A DNA stretch of 64,000 bases from Patescibacteria group bacterium. Its GTDB lineage: Bacteria; Patescibacteriota; Minisyncoccia; Portnoybacterales; GWB1-42-6. The stretch spans positions 146,183 to 210,182 of the forward strand of contig JAKLIA010000002.1 of assembly GCA_022709865.1 (NCBI GenBank), given 5' to 3'. The stretch's first letter is position 1. Each line of letters begins with the position of its first letter. Positions 44,228-54,669 of this stretch are shown piece after piece. A program made the translations under genes and the position numbers. The notes under the pieces are model-generated. The model was not told where the DNA came from and made no database searches. It saw only the letters and a list, made by a program, of their open reading frames with translations.

Positions 44228-44881
44228 TTATTCGCTTTGGCTATTTTTATTGCGCCATTCTTCGATTTCCTGATGGTTTCCGCCCAGCAATATTTCCGGC
44301 ACTGCCCATTTTTTAAACTTCTCGGGTCTGGTATATTGCGGGTATTCGCGATACCCGTCGCGGCAAAAACTTTCATCTTTCAAGCTCGCTTCTTTGCCCA
44401 AAACTCCGGGCACCAGCCGCGAGACTGCGTCTACCACTATCATAGCAGGAATCTCGCCGCCCGTCAGCACAAAGTTGCCCACAGATAATTCTTCGTCCGC
44501 AATATGTTCTGCCACCCGCTCATCCACCCCTTCATAACGGCCGCAAATTAAAATCAGCTGGCCATATTTGGCTAAACGCTTGGCATCATCTTGCGTAAAA
44601 GTTTTTCCTTTAGCGCTAAACAAGATAACGCGCTGTTTCTTTCCTTTAAAAAGCTTCTTTACCGCCATAACAGCCCTATCTATCACATCAACCTTCAGCA
44701 CCATCCCCGGCCCGCCGCCATAAGGCGAGTCGTCAACTTTTTTATGCTTATCGGTTGCCCACCGGCGCAAATCATGCGCTTTTATCTTTATTAATTTCTT
44801 TTTCTGCGCCCGCGCCAAAATGCTCTCGGAAAAATATGAGTCAAAGATCTTTGGAAAAATCGTTATGATATCAAACTTCAT
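44228..44881 (-). CDS. trmD: tRNA (guanine37-N1)-methyltransferase
   Basis: MKFDIITIFPKIF, SPYGGGPGMV SPOUT-knot motifs. Confidence 0.85.
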   Translation of the reverse strand: MKFDIITIFPKIFDSYFSESILARAQKKKLIKIKAHDLRRWATDKHKKVDDSPYGGGPGMVLKVDVIDRAVMAVKKLFKGKKQRVILFSAKGKTFTQDDAKRLAKYGQLILICGRYEGVDERVAEHIADEELSVGNFVLTGGEIPAMIVVDAVSRLVPGVLGKEASLKDESFCRDGYREYPQYTRPEKFKKWAVPEILLGGNHQEIEEWRNKNSQSE

Positions 44882-44958
44882 AAAATATTTATTTTAAAAC
44901 AAAAACCGCACTACTATTGTAGCACGGCTTTTGCTTAAATACGATACAATTTTTGAAG

Positions 44959-45294
44959 TTAGAACTTCAAATCGTCAACCATCTGGTCAACATTTTTAAC
45001 CGGGGCTGCCGGCGCTTCTGAGCGCTCTCGGACAACTCGGCCACCTTCTGGCTCTTCGATCTTGAAGTTGATGCGGGCGTTATTTTTGGCGCCGATAACT
45101 CGCAAGAGAGTCCGAATGGCTCGGGCGGTGCCGCCTTGGCGGCCAATCACTTGCCCCATGTCCTGCGGATTGACTTTGAGAGTCAACAATACTCCCATTT
45201 CGTCAATTTTCCGATCGGTTGAAACCTCATCCGGGTGATCAACCAAACTTTTAATGACATACTCCACAAACTCCTGGTCCTGATATTTAGCCAT
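44959..45294 (-). CDS. khpA: KH-domain RNA-binding protein KhpA (YlqC/UPF0109 family)
   Basis: VIGRQGGTARAIRTLL GxxG KH motif; located between rpsP and trmD. Confidence 0.75.
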   Translation of the reverse strand: MAKYQDQEFVEYVIKSLVDHPDEVSTDRKIDEMGVLLTLKVNPQDMGQVIGRQGGTARAIRTLLRVIGAKNNARINFKIEEPEGGRVVRERSEAPAAPVKNVDQMVDDLKF

Positions 45295-45472
45295 ATCTTT
45301 CTGTCGATATTAATTTTTTTAAAGTAGTAGCCGACCTAGTCGTTCCGCTAAGCGGAAATAGACATTGCCTACTATTATCCACAATATAGCATTCGGGAAA
45401 ATTAGTGTCAATAAAATAAAACGCCCATAAATAATTTATGGGCGTCAAAACTTTTTTGTTTTTTTTCTTCAA

Positions 45473-45685
45473 CTATTCCTTATTCGCCGGACTAAGCATA
45501 AATGACAAAATCCCTCTCCCTCCATTCAAAGAAATCGGTCTAGCTTCAAGCCGAGGCTCGGCTGCCAGGCGATTGAAAAGAATCCTTATCACCTCCTTCT
45601 CTTTGTCGCTATCGCATCCAGGCTCAGAAGAAAGGGTCACCCCTATGCTCTCGCCATCTTTACTAAAAATAATATTTGCCTCCAC
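45473..45685 (-). CDS. Hypothetical small protein
   Basis: 70 aa ORF between rpsP and khpA; opposite-strand ORF 45438..45734 judged less likely. Confidence 0.3.
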   Translation of the reverse strand: MEANIIFSKDGESIGVTLSSEPGCDSDKEKEVIRILFNRLAAEPRLEARPISLNGGRGILSFMLSPANKE

Positions 45686-45820
45686 AATTTTTTCCTCCTT
45701 TTTGGCTTATTTTTTTAAGACGCTTTGCATCTAGCTATGACTAAAAAAATATAGCACTAAAGCAAAAATATGTCAATAAACAAAAAACCCCGCATAAGCA
45801 GGGTTTTAAATATTTAAATG

Positions 45821-46210
45821 CTATTCGGCTTTCACTTCCTCGGTTGCTTTAGGCTCTTCAGCTGGCGCTTCTTCTTTAACCGCCGGAGCTTCCGCCGCTT
45901 TGGCTGCTTCCGCTTCTTTAGCCTTTCTAGCCTCAACGGTCTTTTTCTTCGGGTGCCAAGCTTTGACTTTTTTATCAGAAATAATTTTTTCCGAAACCAG
46001 CAAATTATGCACGGTTGGGGAAGCTTGCGCGCCTTTGGATAGCCAATATTTAATGCGGTCGGCCTTCAACTCTTTAGTTTTTTGCTGAGCGTTATACGAA
46101 CCCAAGATTTCCTGGAACTTTCCCCTAACAGGATTAGTCTTCTCGGTCAAAACAACCCGATAAGAGGGTTGGTTCTTTTTGCCAATTCTGGTTAATCTGA
46201 TTACTAACAT
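45821..46210 (-). CDS. rpsP: 30S ribosomal protein S16 (with Ala/Lys/Glu-rich C-terminal extension)
   Basis: MLVIRLTRIGKKNQPSYRVV bS16 N-terminus. Confidence 0.85.
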   Translation of the reverse strand: MLVIRLTRIGKKNQPSYRVVLTEKTNPVRGKFQEILGSYNAQQKTKELKADRIKYWLSKGAQASPTVHNLLVSEKIISDKKVKAWHPKKKTVEARKAKEAEAAKAAEAPAVKEEAPAEEPKATEEVKAE

Positions 46211-46272
46211 GTTTTATATAAATTATTATAACTATTAAAAGATATCCCAAAAAGCGTTAAAAGTCAAATTGC

Positions 46273-46971
46273 TTATTTGCCATTATTCCACTCTTTTGCC
46301 CTCAAGGCTCCTTCAGCCGCTTTTTGCTGCGCTTCTTGCTTTGACACTCCTTCGCCCTCCGCCACCAGCTCATCGTCCAAATAGACCCCCACTTTAAAGT
46401 GCTTGGCATGGTCCGGGCCCCACTCTTTTAAAACCTCGTAGCTTGGGGTCACGCCTACCCTTTCCTGCGCTTCTTCCTGGAACATGCTTTTGGCGTCTCG
46501 ATACGCACCCTCTTTCAATATTTCCGGCAAGTGGCCCAAAATATTCTTTTCGATAAACTCGCCCGCCACTTCTATTCCTTGGTCCAGATAGATCGCGCCA
46601 ATCAACGCCTCCATGGTATTGGCTAAAATATATTGGCGCGCCCGGCCGGTATCTTTGGCTTCGCCGCGGCTCAACATCAAAAAATCGTTCAAGCCTATAT
46701 CTTCGCCTATCTCCGCCAATTTTTTCGCGTTCACCAACGCCGCGCGCCAATTGGTCAGCTCGCCTTCGGGATTTGGATATTTGGTATAAAGATGCCTGGT
46801 GGTCACCAGCTCCAGCACCGCGTCGCCCAAAAACTCCAGTCGCTCATTATGGTCCAGGCTAAAATCCGGATTTTCGTTCAAAAAAGAACGGTGCACAAAT
46901 GCTTGCTGGAGCAAGTTCTGGTTGTGGAACTTAAAGCCCAGCTTTTCTTCTAACTTTGAGATCTCCTTCAT
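46273..46971 (-). CDS. rnc: Ribonuclease III
   Basis: ERLEFLGDAVLELV RNase III signature, C-terminal dsRBD. Confidence 0.85.
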   Translation of the reverse strand: MKEISKLEEKLGFKFHNQNLLQQAFVHRSFLNENPDFSLDHNERLEFLGDAVLELVTTRHLYTKYPNPEGELTNWRAALVNAKKLAEIGEDIGLNDFLMLSRGEAKDTGRARQYILANTMEALIGAIYLDQGIEVAGEFIEKNILGHLPEILKEGAYRDAKSMFQEEAQERVGVTPSYEVLKEWGPDHAKHFKVGVYLDDELVAEGEGVSKQEAQQKAAEGALRAKEWNNGK

Positions 46972-47068
46972 AAAAAACTAAACCAAGAATCAGGAATCAA
47001 GGGAACCCATAATTCATGATTCATAACTCATGGTTTGCGATATTATTTTTTTACCTGTGCAAAATATA

Positions 47069-47506
47069 CTATTCGTCTTTTTGCGGCTCGCCGATTTCCC
47101 GATACACCGTGCCCAACACCCCATTCACGAACTTCCCGGAACTTTCGCCGCTAAAACTTTTAGCCAGCTCTATCGCTTCGTTGATCGCCACTTTTGGCGG
47201 CACTTCGTTGCGGTCCCCCAACAATAATTCATAAAGGCCCAAGCGCAAAATATTGCGGTCGGTTAGAGTGATCTGCTCCAAGGGCCACTCCGGCGCCGAC
47301 TTTTCAATGATCTTATCGAGCTTAGGATAATTTTCTGCCACGCCATTCACTAACCGCCAAATAAAATCTGCGCCTTCCAGCCCCGGGCCAAACTCCGCCA
47401 TATTCTTTTCCACCACGGCTTTTATGCGGCTGGTATCCTTGCCCCAAAAGTCCCATTCATAGAGGGATTGCATTGCAATGGACCTGGCCAAATGACGGTT
47501 AGCCAT
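47069..47506 (-). CDS. nusB: Transcription antitermination factor NusB
   Basis: [15 protein letters not shown]-terminus, all-helical 145 aa. Confidence 0.8.
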   Translation of the reverse strand: MANRHLARSIAMQSLYEWDFWGKDTSRIKAVVEKNMAEFGPGLEGADFIWRLVNGVAENYPKLDKIIEKSAPEWPLEQITLTDRNILRLGLYELLLGDRNEVPPKVAINEAIELAKSFSGESSGKFVNGVLGTVYREIGEPQKDE

Positions 47507-47531
47507 AAAAATAAATCCTTCAGTTTATTTT

Positions 47532-47807
47532 TTACTTATGATCGTGCCCTTTATGCTCTTCTTCGTGTGCTTTTTCTTCTTGGGCCGCTAATTCTTTTTG
47601 CCGCTTTTTCTGTTCGCGCTTAGTGAGCTTTTTCATCACGTCTAAAACTTCCCGGCCCTTATAGGTGCCGCAATTCTTGCAAGCTTGATGCGGCAAAATC
47701 GGCTGGCCGCATTTGGCGCATTTAGTTAAGCCCTGCGTTTTGAACGCCTGATGGGAGCGCTGCCTGTTTCTCTTTGATTTTGTGTGTCTTTGTCGTGGTA
47801 CTGGCAT
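47532..47807 (-). CDS. rpmF: 50S ribosomal protein L32 (with basic C-terminal extension)
   Basis: MPVPRQRHTKSKRNRQRSH...CAKCGQ...CKNCGTYKGREV bL32 zinc ribbon. Confidence 0.75.
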   Translation of the reverse strand: MPVPRQRHTKSKRNRQRSHQAFKTQGLTKCAKCGQPILPHQACKNCGTYKGREVLDVMKKLTKREQKKRQKELAAQEEKAHEEEHKGHDHK

Positions 47808-47824
47808 AAATTATAATTTTTATT

Positions 47825-49894
47825 TTAATTTTTAAATGGTATCAACCCCATATTGTCTAAGTAAGCCCTAGCCGATTCGTTGCCCGGCTCAATTTCTAAA
47901 ACTTTTTGCCAAGAGCGGCGAGCTTCTGAAAAGTTTCCCTGCTCATAATAGATCGCCCCCAAAGGCAAATAGGCTTCAGCGTATCCTCCGTCTATCTTGA
48001 TAGCTTTTTCCAAGCAAACTTTTCCTTGCTCCAGGTCTTTTTTAGCAACATGCGATAAAGCTTTAGCCAACAAAACCTGTTTAGCATCTTTATTCAATTC
48101 CAGCGCCCGGTCAAATGAACGGATAGCCAGGTCGTTAAAAGATATCGCTTGGAAAAAAGAGCCTAACTGCGTAGCTTCGAAAAAATTACTAACAGCTAGA
48201 AGCTTTTCTATAGATTGGCCCAAATTGCTTTCGTTCAACGAATATTTGGCTACCAGCTCCTTGTTGGCGGCGTTATCTCGCGCCCAGATCACAACCATTG
48301 GGTCAACATAAACCATTGCCCAGCCAGGCCGTTGCGCCATTTGTTTTATGAATGACTGCGCCCAAGGCGTGGCATCGGTGTGGGCAAAAAAGACAAAGTT
48401 AATTTTATAAACTTCGTCAGCATATTTTTGCCATACCGCTCCGTCCTCTTGCATCGGAACATAAACCGATCGGAAAAAATCTGCGGGATACGATTCCGGC
48501 CGCCCGTCAATAAAAACTTTATAGTCCGGATATAGGCGCCAAATCAGGTAGCTGCCGATATCAAAATTATTGAACATCGGCCCTTGGAAACTATTCTGTT
48601 TTAAAAAATCAACCGCCGCCTCCGCCCCTTTTGGAACCAATAAGCCGAACTGCTCTGGCTTCATTGATTTTAAGTAGAAGCGGCCCGTTGCGACGGCATA
48701 AATGCTCGCGCTCAGAATAGCAAAAATAAGGATAATGGTCAATAGACGCAAAACGCCCATACCGCGCCAAGAAGCCCATTTTGCAAAGAACTGGCCGGTT
48801 CGTTCGCACCAGGCTGCAAAATTATCCGTTAAAATAGGCAAAATAACCAGCCCCAACAACGGAAAATTGCGAATCGCCGACCAAGACATAATAACGCAAA
48901 ATAAGGATATCAGGATATAAAAAAGCCTGTTCCGGCGCCAATTTAAAAGGAACAGACAGATTAAAGCGATTATCGCCACCCTAAAAAAAGTAATTATCGG
49001 ATCAGATGTCAAACCCTCCAGAAAAAACGGCGATTGGTTCTCGACTATAGAATAGCCGAAGTTAGAAAAGATAGACAAAGGATAAAGGGCGCCGCGCCAA
49101 GTGTTAGGATTGACCAGGGTTGCTAAGCCCGCTAAAAACCCCAACAAAATAATTTTTGCCATATATCGCTCGGCCTTTTTTTGTTTGAGCAAAAGATAAA
49201 CCGCTTTGCGCCTGCGCCATAACCGATCCAAGAAAAAGAAAAATATCAAGACCAAGCCATAAACAAAAGAAATATGCAAATTAACCCAAAGCGCGCTCAA
49301 GGGAACCAGAAGCCAAAAATGCCAAGATATTTTTTCTTTATTTTTATCTAAAATGACTAAAAATATCGCCAATAATAAGAACCCGAACGTTTCCGGCCTA
49401 ATATCCGTGCGCTCTAGAATCAAACCCGCGCTTAAAATTGCCGCCAAAGTGGAAAAAATAAAATAATTTTTCTTCCAAGACAACCGCCAAACCAGCGCGA
49501 AGGCTGCTAAAATTATAATGGCATTAAAAACTATGAGCCCTTTTGTGCCAATCACCAAAGACAGCAAATAATAAATAACCTCGCTTAGCCAATGATGGTT
49601 AATAAAAGGAAAATCGGGATTGGTATAAGAAAAAAGATTGGTATGCGGCACCTGGCCCGTCTGCCAAATTATTTCGCCCAGCTTAAAATGCCGCCCTAAG
49701 TCCTGGTTGATAGCCGAGGCGCTATGAATTAAAAAAACTGCCAGCGCTGCCAAAACAAAAATAACCAAAGCCGGACGCAAAATAAACGCCCATTTGTCAG
49801 GCGGCGGCAAAATATTAGTTTCTTTTTTAATTTTAGGTTTTTCGGCCAACGGCCAAAGCCGGCGCTCGTTGGGAATAAGTTGGAACATACTCAC
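47825..49894 (-). CDS. Polytopic membrane protein with C-terminal TPR repeats (PMT_2/GT39-like glycosyltransferase-type architecture)
   Basis: ~12 TM N-terminal region, C-terminal TPR-like repeats (AKALSHVAKKDLEQGKVCLEKAIKIDGGYAEAYLPLGAIYYEQGNFSEARRSWQKVLEIEP). Confidence 0.55.
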   Translation of the reverse strand: MSMFQLIPNERRLWPLAEKPKIKKETNILPPPDKWAFILRPALVIFVLAALAVFLIHSASAINQDLGRHFKLGEIIWQTGQVPHTNLFSYTNPDFPFINHHWLSEVIYYLLSLVIGTKGLIVFNAIIILAAFALVWRLSWKKNYFIFSTLAAILSAGLILERTDIRPETFGFLLLAIFLVILDKNKEKISWHFWLLVPLSALWVNLHISFVYGLVLIFFFFLDRLWRRRKAVYLLLKQKKAERYMAKIILLGFLAGLATLVNPNTWRGALYPLSIFSNFGYSIVENQSPFFLEGLTSDPIITFFRVAIIALICLFLLNWRRNRLFYILISLFCVIMSWSAIRNFPLLGLVILPILTDNFAAWCERTGQFFAKWASWRGMGVLRLLTIILIFAILSASIYAVATGRFYLKSMKPEQFGLLVPKGAEAAVDFLKQNSFQGPMFNNFDIGSYLIWRLYPDYKVFIDGRPESYPADFFRSVYVPMQEDGAVWQKYADEVYKINFVFFAHTDATPWAQSFIKQMAQRPGWAMVYVDPMVVIWARDNAANKELVAKYSLNESNLGQSIEKLLAVSNFFEATQLGSFFQAISFNDLAIRSFDRALELNKDAKQVLLAKALSHVAKKDLEQGKVCLEKAIKIDGGYAEAYLPLGAIYYEQGNFSEARRSWQKVLEIEPGNESARAYLDNMGLIPFKN

Positions 49895-49911
49895 ACTTAT
49901 TATAGTCTAAA

Positions 49912-50568
49912 CTATTTTTTCTTGCACGGAGCAAAACTTTGGCGATGGATAGCGCAAACGCCGCAACCTTTTAAGGCTTTAAGGTGCTCTCGCGTTCCGT
50001 ATCCTTTATGCTTATCAAAACCATATTGCGGGTATTGCTGGTGGTATTTTTGCATCAACCTATCGCGCGTGACCTTGGCAATGATGGAAGCGGCGGCGCA
50101 AGACCAGATCTTGGCGTCTCCCCTAATCACGGCTTTTTGGCTCAAAGACACGTCCTCCAATAAAAAATTGCCGTCTAGCAACAAATATTCCGCTGCTCCC
50201 CCTTTTTTCTCCAGCTCTTCCAAAGCCCGCTTCATGGCCAATTTAGTCGCTTCCAAAATATTTATCTGGTCAATTATTTTTTCAGAGACTAAACCAACCC
50301 CCCATTTAATATCCGCGTGCGTCGTTAATATTTGATACCACTCTTCCCGCTGTTTGGCAGAAAACTTTTTAGAATCTTTTATATTCTGGTTTTGTTTTAT
50401 CTTTTGCACTTCAATTTTACGGTTCAGAGCGACTGCCGCCGCACAAACCGGCCCGGCCAGCGGCCCCCGGCCAACTTCGTCTAGGCCCACCACAAAATTA
50501 TAGCCTTGCTGCCAAAGCTTAGTTTCATAATTTAGGTTTGGAATTAATGTTTTTTGTTTTTCCGCCAT
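49912..50568 (-). CDS. rnhB: Ribonuclease HII
   Basis: VGLDEVGRGPLAGPV catalytic DEDD motif I. Confidence 0.85.
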   Translation of the reverse strand: MAEKQKTLIPNLNYETKLWQQGYNFVVGLDEVGRGPLAGPVCAAAVALNRKIEVQKIKQNQNIKDSKKFSAKQREEWYQILTTHADIKWGVGLVSEKIIDQINILEATKLAMKRALEELEKKGGAAEYLLLDGNFLLEDVSLSQKAVIRGDAKIWSCAAASIIAKVTRDRLMQKYHQQYPQYGFDKHKGYGTREHLKALKGCGVCAIHRQSFAPCKKK

Positions 50569-50603
50569 CTCTTTGACTTTATTCTAACACAATTTACACC
50601 TCC

Positions 50604-51245
50604 TTGTGCCGCAACAAAAAGTCTCCTATAATAAAGCATATGGCAGAAAACAAACTAGATTTAAATTGGTCGGCCGTGGAAAAAGCCTTGGCCGAAGGAA
50701 CTTTTTCTGGCTACAAAATCGGAATCCTCGAAACCGAAAAACTTTTTAACGAACTCTTGAAAAGCAAGCAGATCCCCGGCGGTTCGAATGAACGCAAAAT
50801 AAAATACATCCAGCGCTTTTTAAGCTTGCCCGATAAGCTCGACTACAGCCGCCATATCTACCAGCGAATCATAAACGAGCCCCATTTTGAGATCTCACGT
50901 GAAGAAACTAAACAAATAATTTCCGGCTATTGGCAGGCGATGCTGGATATCGAAGAAACCGTCACCTCTTTGAGCGCTTGGGAAAAGTTTTCTTTGCGGG
51001 CCAAATATCTGGCGGCGATCTTTTTGAAAAATATGCGCAATCTGGTGCTGATAGTCCTAGCGATCTCCGCCACTATCTGGCTGCTGGCCGAAACGTATAT
51101 CGGCAAAAAGATCGCCGCCGGAATTACTGTTGCCAACCATTTTTTTATTTTTGAGTTTTTATTCTGGACGATAATCGTTCTGGCCGCCCTTTTAGTTCTG
51201 GGCGGCTTTCTATATTTTTTAACCAAGAAAAAAAGGCGATTTTAA
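50604..51245 (+). CDS. Hypothetical membrane protein
   Basis: 213 aa, C-terminal TM helices, immediately upstream of dnaE (4-nt gap). Confidence 0.4.
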   Translation: MCRNKKSPIIKHMAENKLDLNWSAVEKALAEGTFSGYKIGILETEKLFNELLKSKQIPGGSNERKIKYIQRFLSLPDKLDYSRHIYQRIINEPHFEISREETKQIISGYWQAMLDIEETVTSLSAWEKFSLRAKYLAAIFLKNMRNLVLIVLAISATIWLLAETYIGKKIAAGITVANHFFIFEFLFWTIIVLAALLVLGGFLYFLTKKKRRF

Positions 51246-51248
51246 AAA

Positions 51249-54200
51249 ATGAAGTTCACCCACCTCCACGTGCACTCCCATTATTCGCTGCTGGACGGCC
51301 TGCCAAAAATTGACGGGCTAATTGACCGCACGCTGGAATTAGGCATGGATTCGCTGGCCCTAACCGACCATGGCTCGCTCTACGGCGCAGTCGAGTTCTA
51401 TAAAAAAGCCAAAGCCAAGGGAGTCAAACCTATCATCGGAACAGAGCTTTATATGGCGCCTGGCCGGAAAGAAGATAAGCAGCCGCGAATCGACGACAAA
51501 AACTACCACTTAATACTGCTTGTCAAAAATAAAACCGGGTATCAAAATCTGGTTTTTTTGATGACTGAAGCCTGGCTCAAAGGCTTTTACTATAAGCCCC
51601 GTATCGACAAAGACATCCTAAAAGAACACGCCGACGGCCTTATCGGCTCTTCCGCTTGCCTGGCCGGAGAAATACCCCAAGCCATAATTAAGGGCGACTT
51701 GAAAAAAGCCGAAGCGTTGGCGCTGGAATACCAAGCCATTTTCGGTCCAGGAAACTTTTATTTGGAACTTCAACACCACGCTAATTTGCCGGAGCAAGCC
51801 AAAGTTAACGCCGAGCTGATAAAAATTGCCAAGAAACTTAATATGCCGCTGGTCGCCACCAACGACGTGCACTATTTAACGCCCAACCAAGCCCAAGCCC
51901 AGGATATCTTAATGCTCGTGAACACCGGCGCCGATATTGATGACCCCGAGCGCCTTTCTATGAAAGATAATGATTTTTCTCTGCGCCCGCCCCAGCAGAT
52001 CATCGATTATTTCCAGGATGTGCCCGAAGCGATTGCCAACACCCAAAAAATTGTTGAACAATGCAATTTTGAATTCGAGCTTGGCAAATACCAGCTGCCT
52101 CATTTTAAAGTTCCCAGCGGCCAAACTCCGGAAGAGTTCCTAAAACAACTTGCTTACCAAGGAATTAGCCACCGCTATCCCGGGCAAACCAACCAAGCAG
52201 TTCTGGACCGCATAGAATATGAGTTATCAGTTATCAATAAAACCGGCTTTGCTTCCTATTTTTTGATCGTGCAGGATTTTGTTAATTGGGCCAAGAATCA
52301 AGGCATTGGCGTGGGCCCGGGCCGCGGCTCGGCCGCCGGCTCCATCATCGCCTACTTGTTGAACATCACGGAAATTGAACCGCTAAAATACGACTTGCTG
52401 TTTGAAAGATTTTTAAATCCGGAAAGAATATCCATGCCGGATATCGACTTGGATTTTGCCGACAACCGGCGCGACGAAGTCATCAACTATGTCCGGCAAA
52501 AATATGGCGATGACCATGTGGCGCAAATCGTTACTTTTGGCACCATGGCGGCCCGCATGGCGATTCGCGATACCGGCCGCGCCATGGGCTATGCCTACAC
52601 GCTTTGCGACCAAGTAGCCAAAGCCATTCCTTTTGGCTTAACCCTGGAAAAAGCTCTAGAAGAATCGCAAGAGTTCAAACAATTATATGATTCCGATGAA
52701 CAAGTAAAAAAATTAATTGACACGGCTATAGTTTTGGAGGGCGTGGCGCGGCACGCTTCCACTCACGCCGCCGGGGTGGTCATCACCAAAGACCCGCTGA
52801 ATAAAATCGTGCCCTTGCAAAAGCCCACCCAAGAAGACAAGGCCATTATCTCGCAATACGAAATGCACGCTATTGAAGACTTAGGGCTTTTGAAAATGGA
52901 CTTTTTAGGCCTTAAAACTTTAACCCAAATTGAGAACACTATTAATATCGTTAAAAACACCAAAGGAGAAACTATTGAAATAAATCTTCTGCCCCTGGAC
53001 GACAAAATAACCTTCAAGCTTATGCAAGAAGCCAGGACGACCGGCGTCTTCCAATTTGAATCGGGCGGAATGAAAAGGAACTTAAAAGAATTAAAACCGA
53101 CAGTTTTTGAAGATATTATCGCTATGGTGGCTTTATATAGGCCGGGCCCAATGGACTTTATCCCAGATTTTATTGCCCGGAAACACGGCTTAAAAACCAT
53201 TGAATATATCCACCCGGACTTGGAGCCCATTATCGGCAACACCTATGGCATTGTCGTCTACCAGGAACAAGTTATGGCCGTAGCCGTGAGGCTAGCCGGC
53301 TTTACTATGCCCGAAGCCGACACTCTGCGTAAAGCCATGGGAAAGAAGATCAAGAAATTAATGGATGAACAAAAAGAAAAGTTTATCCAAGGCATGATGC
53401 GCAATAATATCCCCGGCTCCACTGCCGAAAAGATATGGGAGTTCATCGAGCCTTTTGCCCGATACGGTTTTAATAAATCCCACGCCACTTGCTACGGCCT
53501 GCTGGGCTATCAAACAGGCTACCTGAAAGCCCATTATCCCACCGAGTTTATGGCAGCCTTAATGAACTCCGAATCCAACGATATTGAACGCGTGGCTCTC
53601 TTGGTTGATGAATGCCGGCAAATGAATATCGATGTTCTGCCTCCCGACATTAATGAAAGCTTAGGAACTTTTACGGTCATAAAAGACGGGGTTATACGCT
53701 TTGGATTAAAAGCGGTAAAAAATGTTGGCTCAAACGTGGTGGATGCTATCGTTAAAGAAAGAAAGCTAAATGGCAATTTTAAAAGCATTACTGATATTAT
53801 CGACCGAGTCCACGACCGAGACTTAAATAAAAAATCAATGGAAAGCCTGGTTAAGTGCGGCGCCTTTGATGCTATCGGAGAACGCGGCCAACTCTTGGCT
53901 AATATGGAAGCCTTGTTGGTTTATGCCAGAGAAACCCAGCATCCAAAAAATAACGGCCAAGTCAGCCTCTTCTCCGTTGCGGGCGACAGCACAAAAAATC
54001 TTTTGCCGCCGCTAAAACTGCAAGAAGCGCCGCCGGCCGGAAAAAAAGAAAAGTTGGAATGGGAAAAAGAACTTCTCGGGCTTTATGTTTCCGAGCACCC
54101 GGCCAAAGAATACGAAAAAGTTATTTCTCAGCGCGCGTTGTTGCCTTCCAAGCTCACACCGGAAATGGTTGGCAAACAAGTGAAAGTTGGCGGCGTTTTG

Positions 54201-54443
54201 AGCCATATCCACAAGATTATCACTAAGGCTGGCAAACCAATGCTTTTTGTAGGGCTGGAAGATGCCAAAGCGAAACTAGAGATCTTGGTTTTTCCCAGGA
54301 TGCTGGAACGCACGCCGACTTTCTGGCAAGAAGGCAAAGTGGTTATTGTTTCCGGAAGACTAGATGACAAAGAAGGACATTTCAAATTGCTTTGCGAAGA
54401 AACTCAGGAGCTGAACCAAAACCACCTGAATAGTTATAGGTAA
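51249..54443 (+). CDS. dnaE: DNA polymerase III alpha subunit
   Basis: PHP domain HLHVHSHYSLLDG, palm/fingers, C-terminal OB; 1064 aa. Confidence 0.9.
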   Translation: MKFTHLHVHSHYSLLDGLPKIDGLIDRTLELGMDSLALTDHGSLYGAVEFYKKAKAKGVKPIIGTELYMAPGRKEDKQPRIDDKNYHLILLVKNKTGYQNLVFLMTEAWLKGFYYKPRIDKDILKEHADGLIGSSACLAGEIPQAIIKGDLKKAEALALEYQAIFGPGNFYLELQHHANLPEQAKVNAELIKIAKKLNMPLVATNDVHYLTPNQAQAQDILMLVNTGADIDDPERLSMKDNDFSLRPPQQIIDYFQDVPEAIANTQKIVEQCNFEFELGKYQLPHFKVPSGQTPEEFLKQLAYQGISHRYPGQTNQAVLDRIEYELSVINKTGFASYFLIVQDFVNWAKNQGIGVGPGRGSAAGSIIAYLLNITEIEPLKYDLLFERFLNPERISMPDIDLDFADNRRDEVINYVRQKYGDDHVAQIVTFGTMAARMAIRDTGRAMGYAYTLCDQVAKAIPFGLTLEKALEESQEFKQLYDSDEQVKKLIDTAIVLEGVARHASTHAAGVVITKDPLNKIVPLQKPTQEDKAIISQYEMHAIEDLGLLKMDFLGLKTLTQIENTINIVKNTKGETIEINLLPLDDKITFKLMQEARTTGVFQFESGGMKRNLKELKPTVFEDIIAMVALYRPGPMDFIPDFIARKHGLKTIEYIHPDLEPIIGNTYGIVVYQEQVMAVAVRLAGFTMPEADTLRKAMGKKIKKLMDEQKEKFIQGMMRNNIPGSTAEKIWEFIEPFARYGFNKSHATCYGLLGYQTGYLKAHYPTEFMAALMNSESNDIERVALLVDECRQMNIDVLPPDINESLGTFTVIKDGVIRFGLKAVKNVGSNVVDAIVKERKLNGNFKSITDIIDRVHDRDLNKKSMESLVKCGAFDAIGERGQLLANMEALLVYARETQHPKNNGQVSLFSVAGDSTKNLLPPLKLQEAPPAGKKEKLEWEKELLGLYVSEHPAKEYEKVISQRALLPSKLTPEMVGKQVKVGGVLSHIHKIITKAGKPMLFVGLEDAKAKLEILVFPRMLERTPTFWQEGKVVIVSGRLDDKEGHFKLLCEETQELNQNHLNSYR

Positions 54444-54451
54444 TATTTTTA

Positions 54452-54480
54452 TTGACACCCTTAAATAAAAAACTTAGAAT
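54452..54480 (+). promoter_or_regulatory. Sigma70-consensus promoter for thrS (TTGACA-N17-TAGAAT)
   Basis: ttgacacccttaaataaaaaacttagaat. Confidence 0.55.
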
Positions 54481-54486
54481 ATTGGT

Positions 54487-54669
54487 ACAACTTATTATAG
54501 ACAAAGAAGCGGATTAACCAACCGCCGAGTCTACGCAAGCAGCCAGCGTGTCCTTTTGGACAACACAGGCGCAAAGAGTGCCCAGAAATTATGGGAAGAT
54601 GAGTGGAACCATCCCGAAGCTTACCCTGAGTTTATCGAAGGGTCGAGGGATCTCATCGTCAAATAATTT
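54487..54669 (+). promoter_or_regulatory. Structured ~185-nt thrS leader; candidate T-box-like antiterminator/terminator
   Basis: GATGAG[TGGAACC]ATCCC ... GGGAT CTCATC helix with 7-nt UGGNACC bulge (54598..54657), downstream T-runs, upstream hairpin loop ATTAACCAA containing ACC-A. Confidence 0.3.

Noticed and set aside
45375-45383. Perfect DnaA-box 9-mer TTATCCACA (also at 60087..60095), plus minus-to-plus strand switch at ~50.6 kb, as possible oriC
   Set aside because: - Two isolated 9-mers in 64 kb are within chance expectation.
- One of them is inside miaA coding sequence.
- The rnhB/50604 divergent gap is only 35 nt with no box cluster and no dnaA/dnaN nearby.
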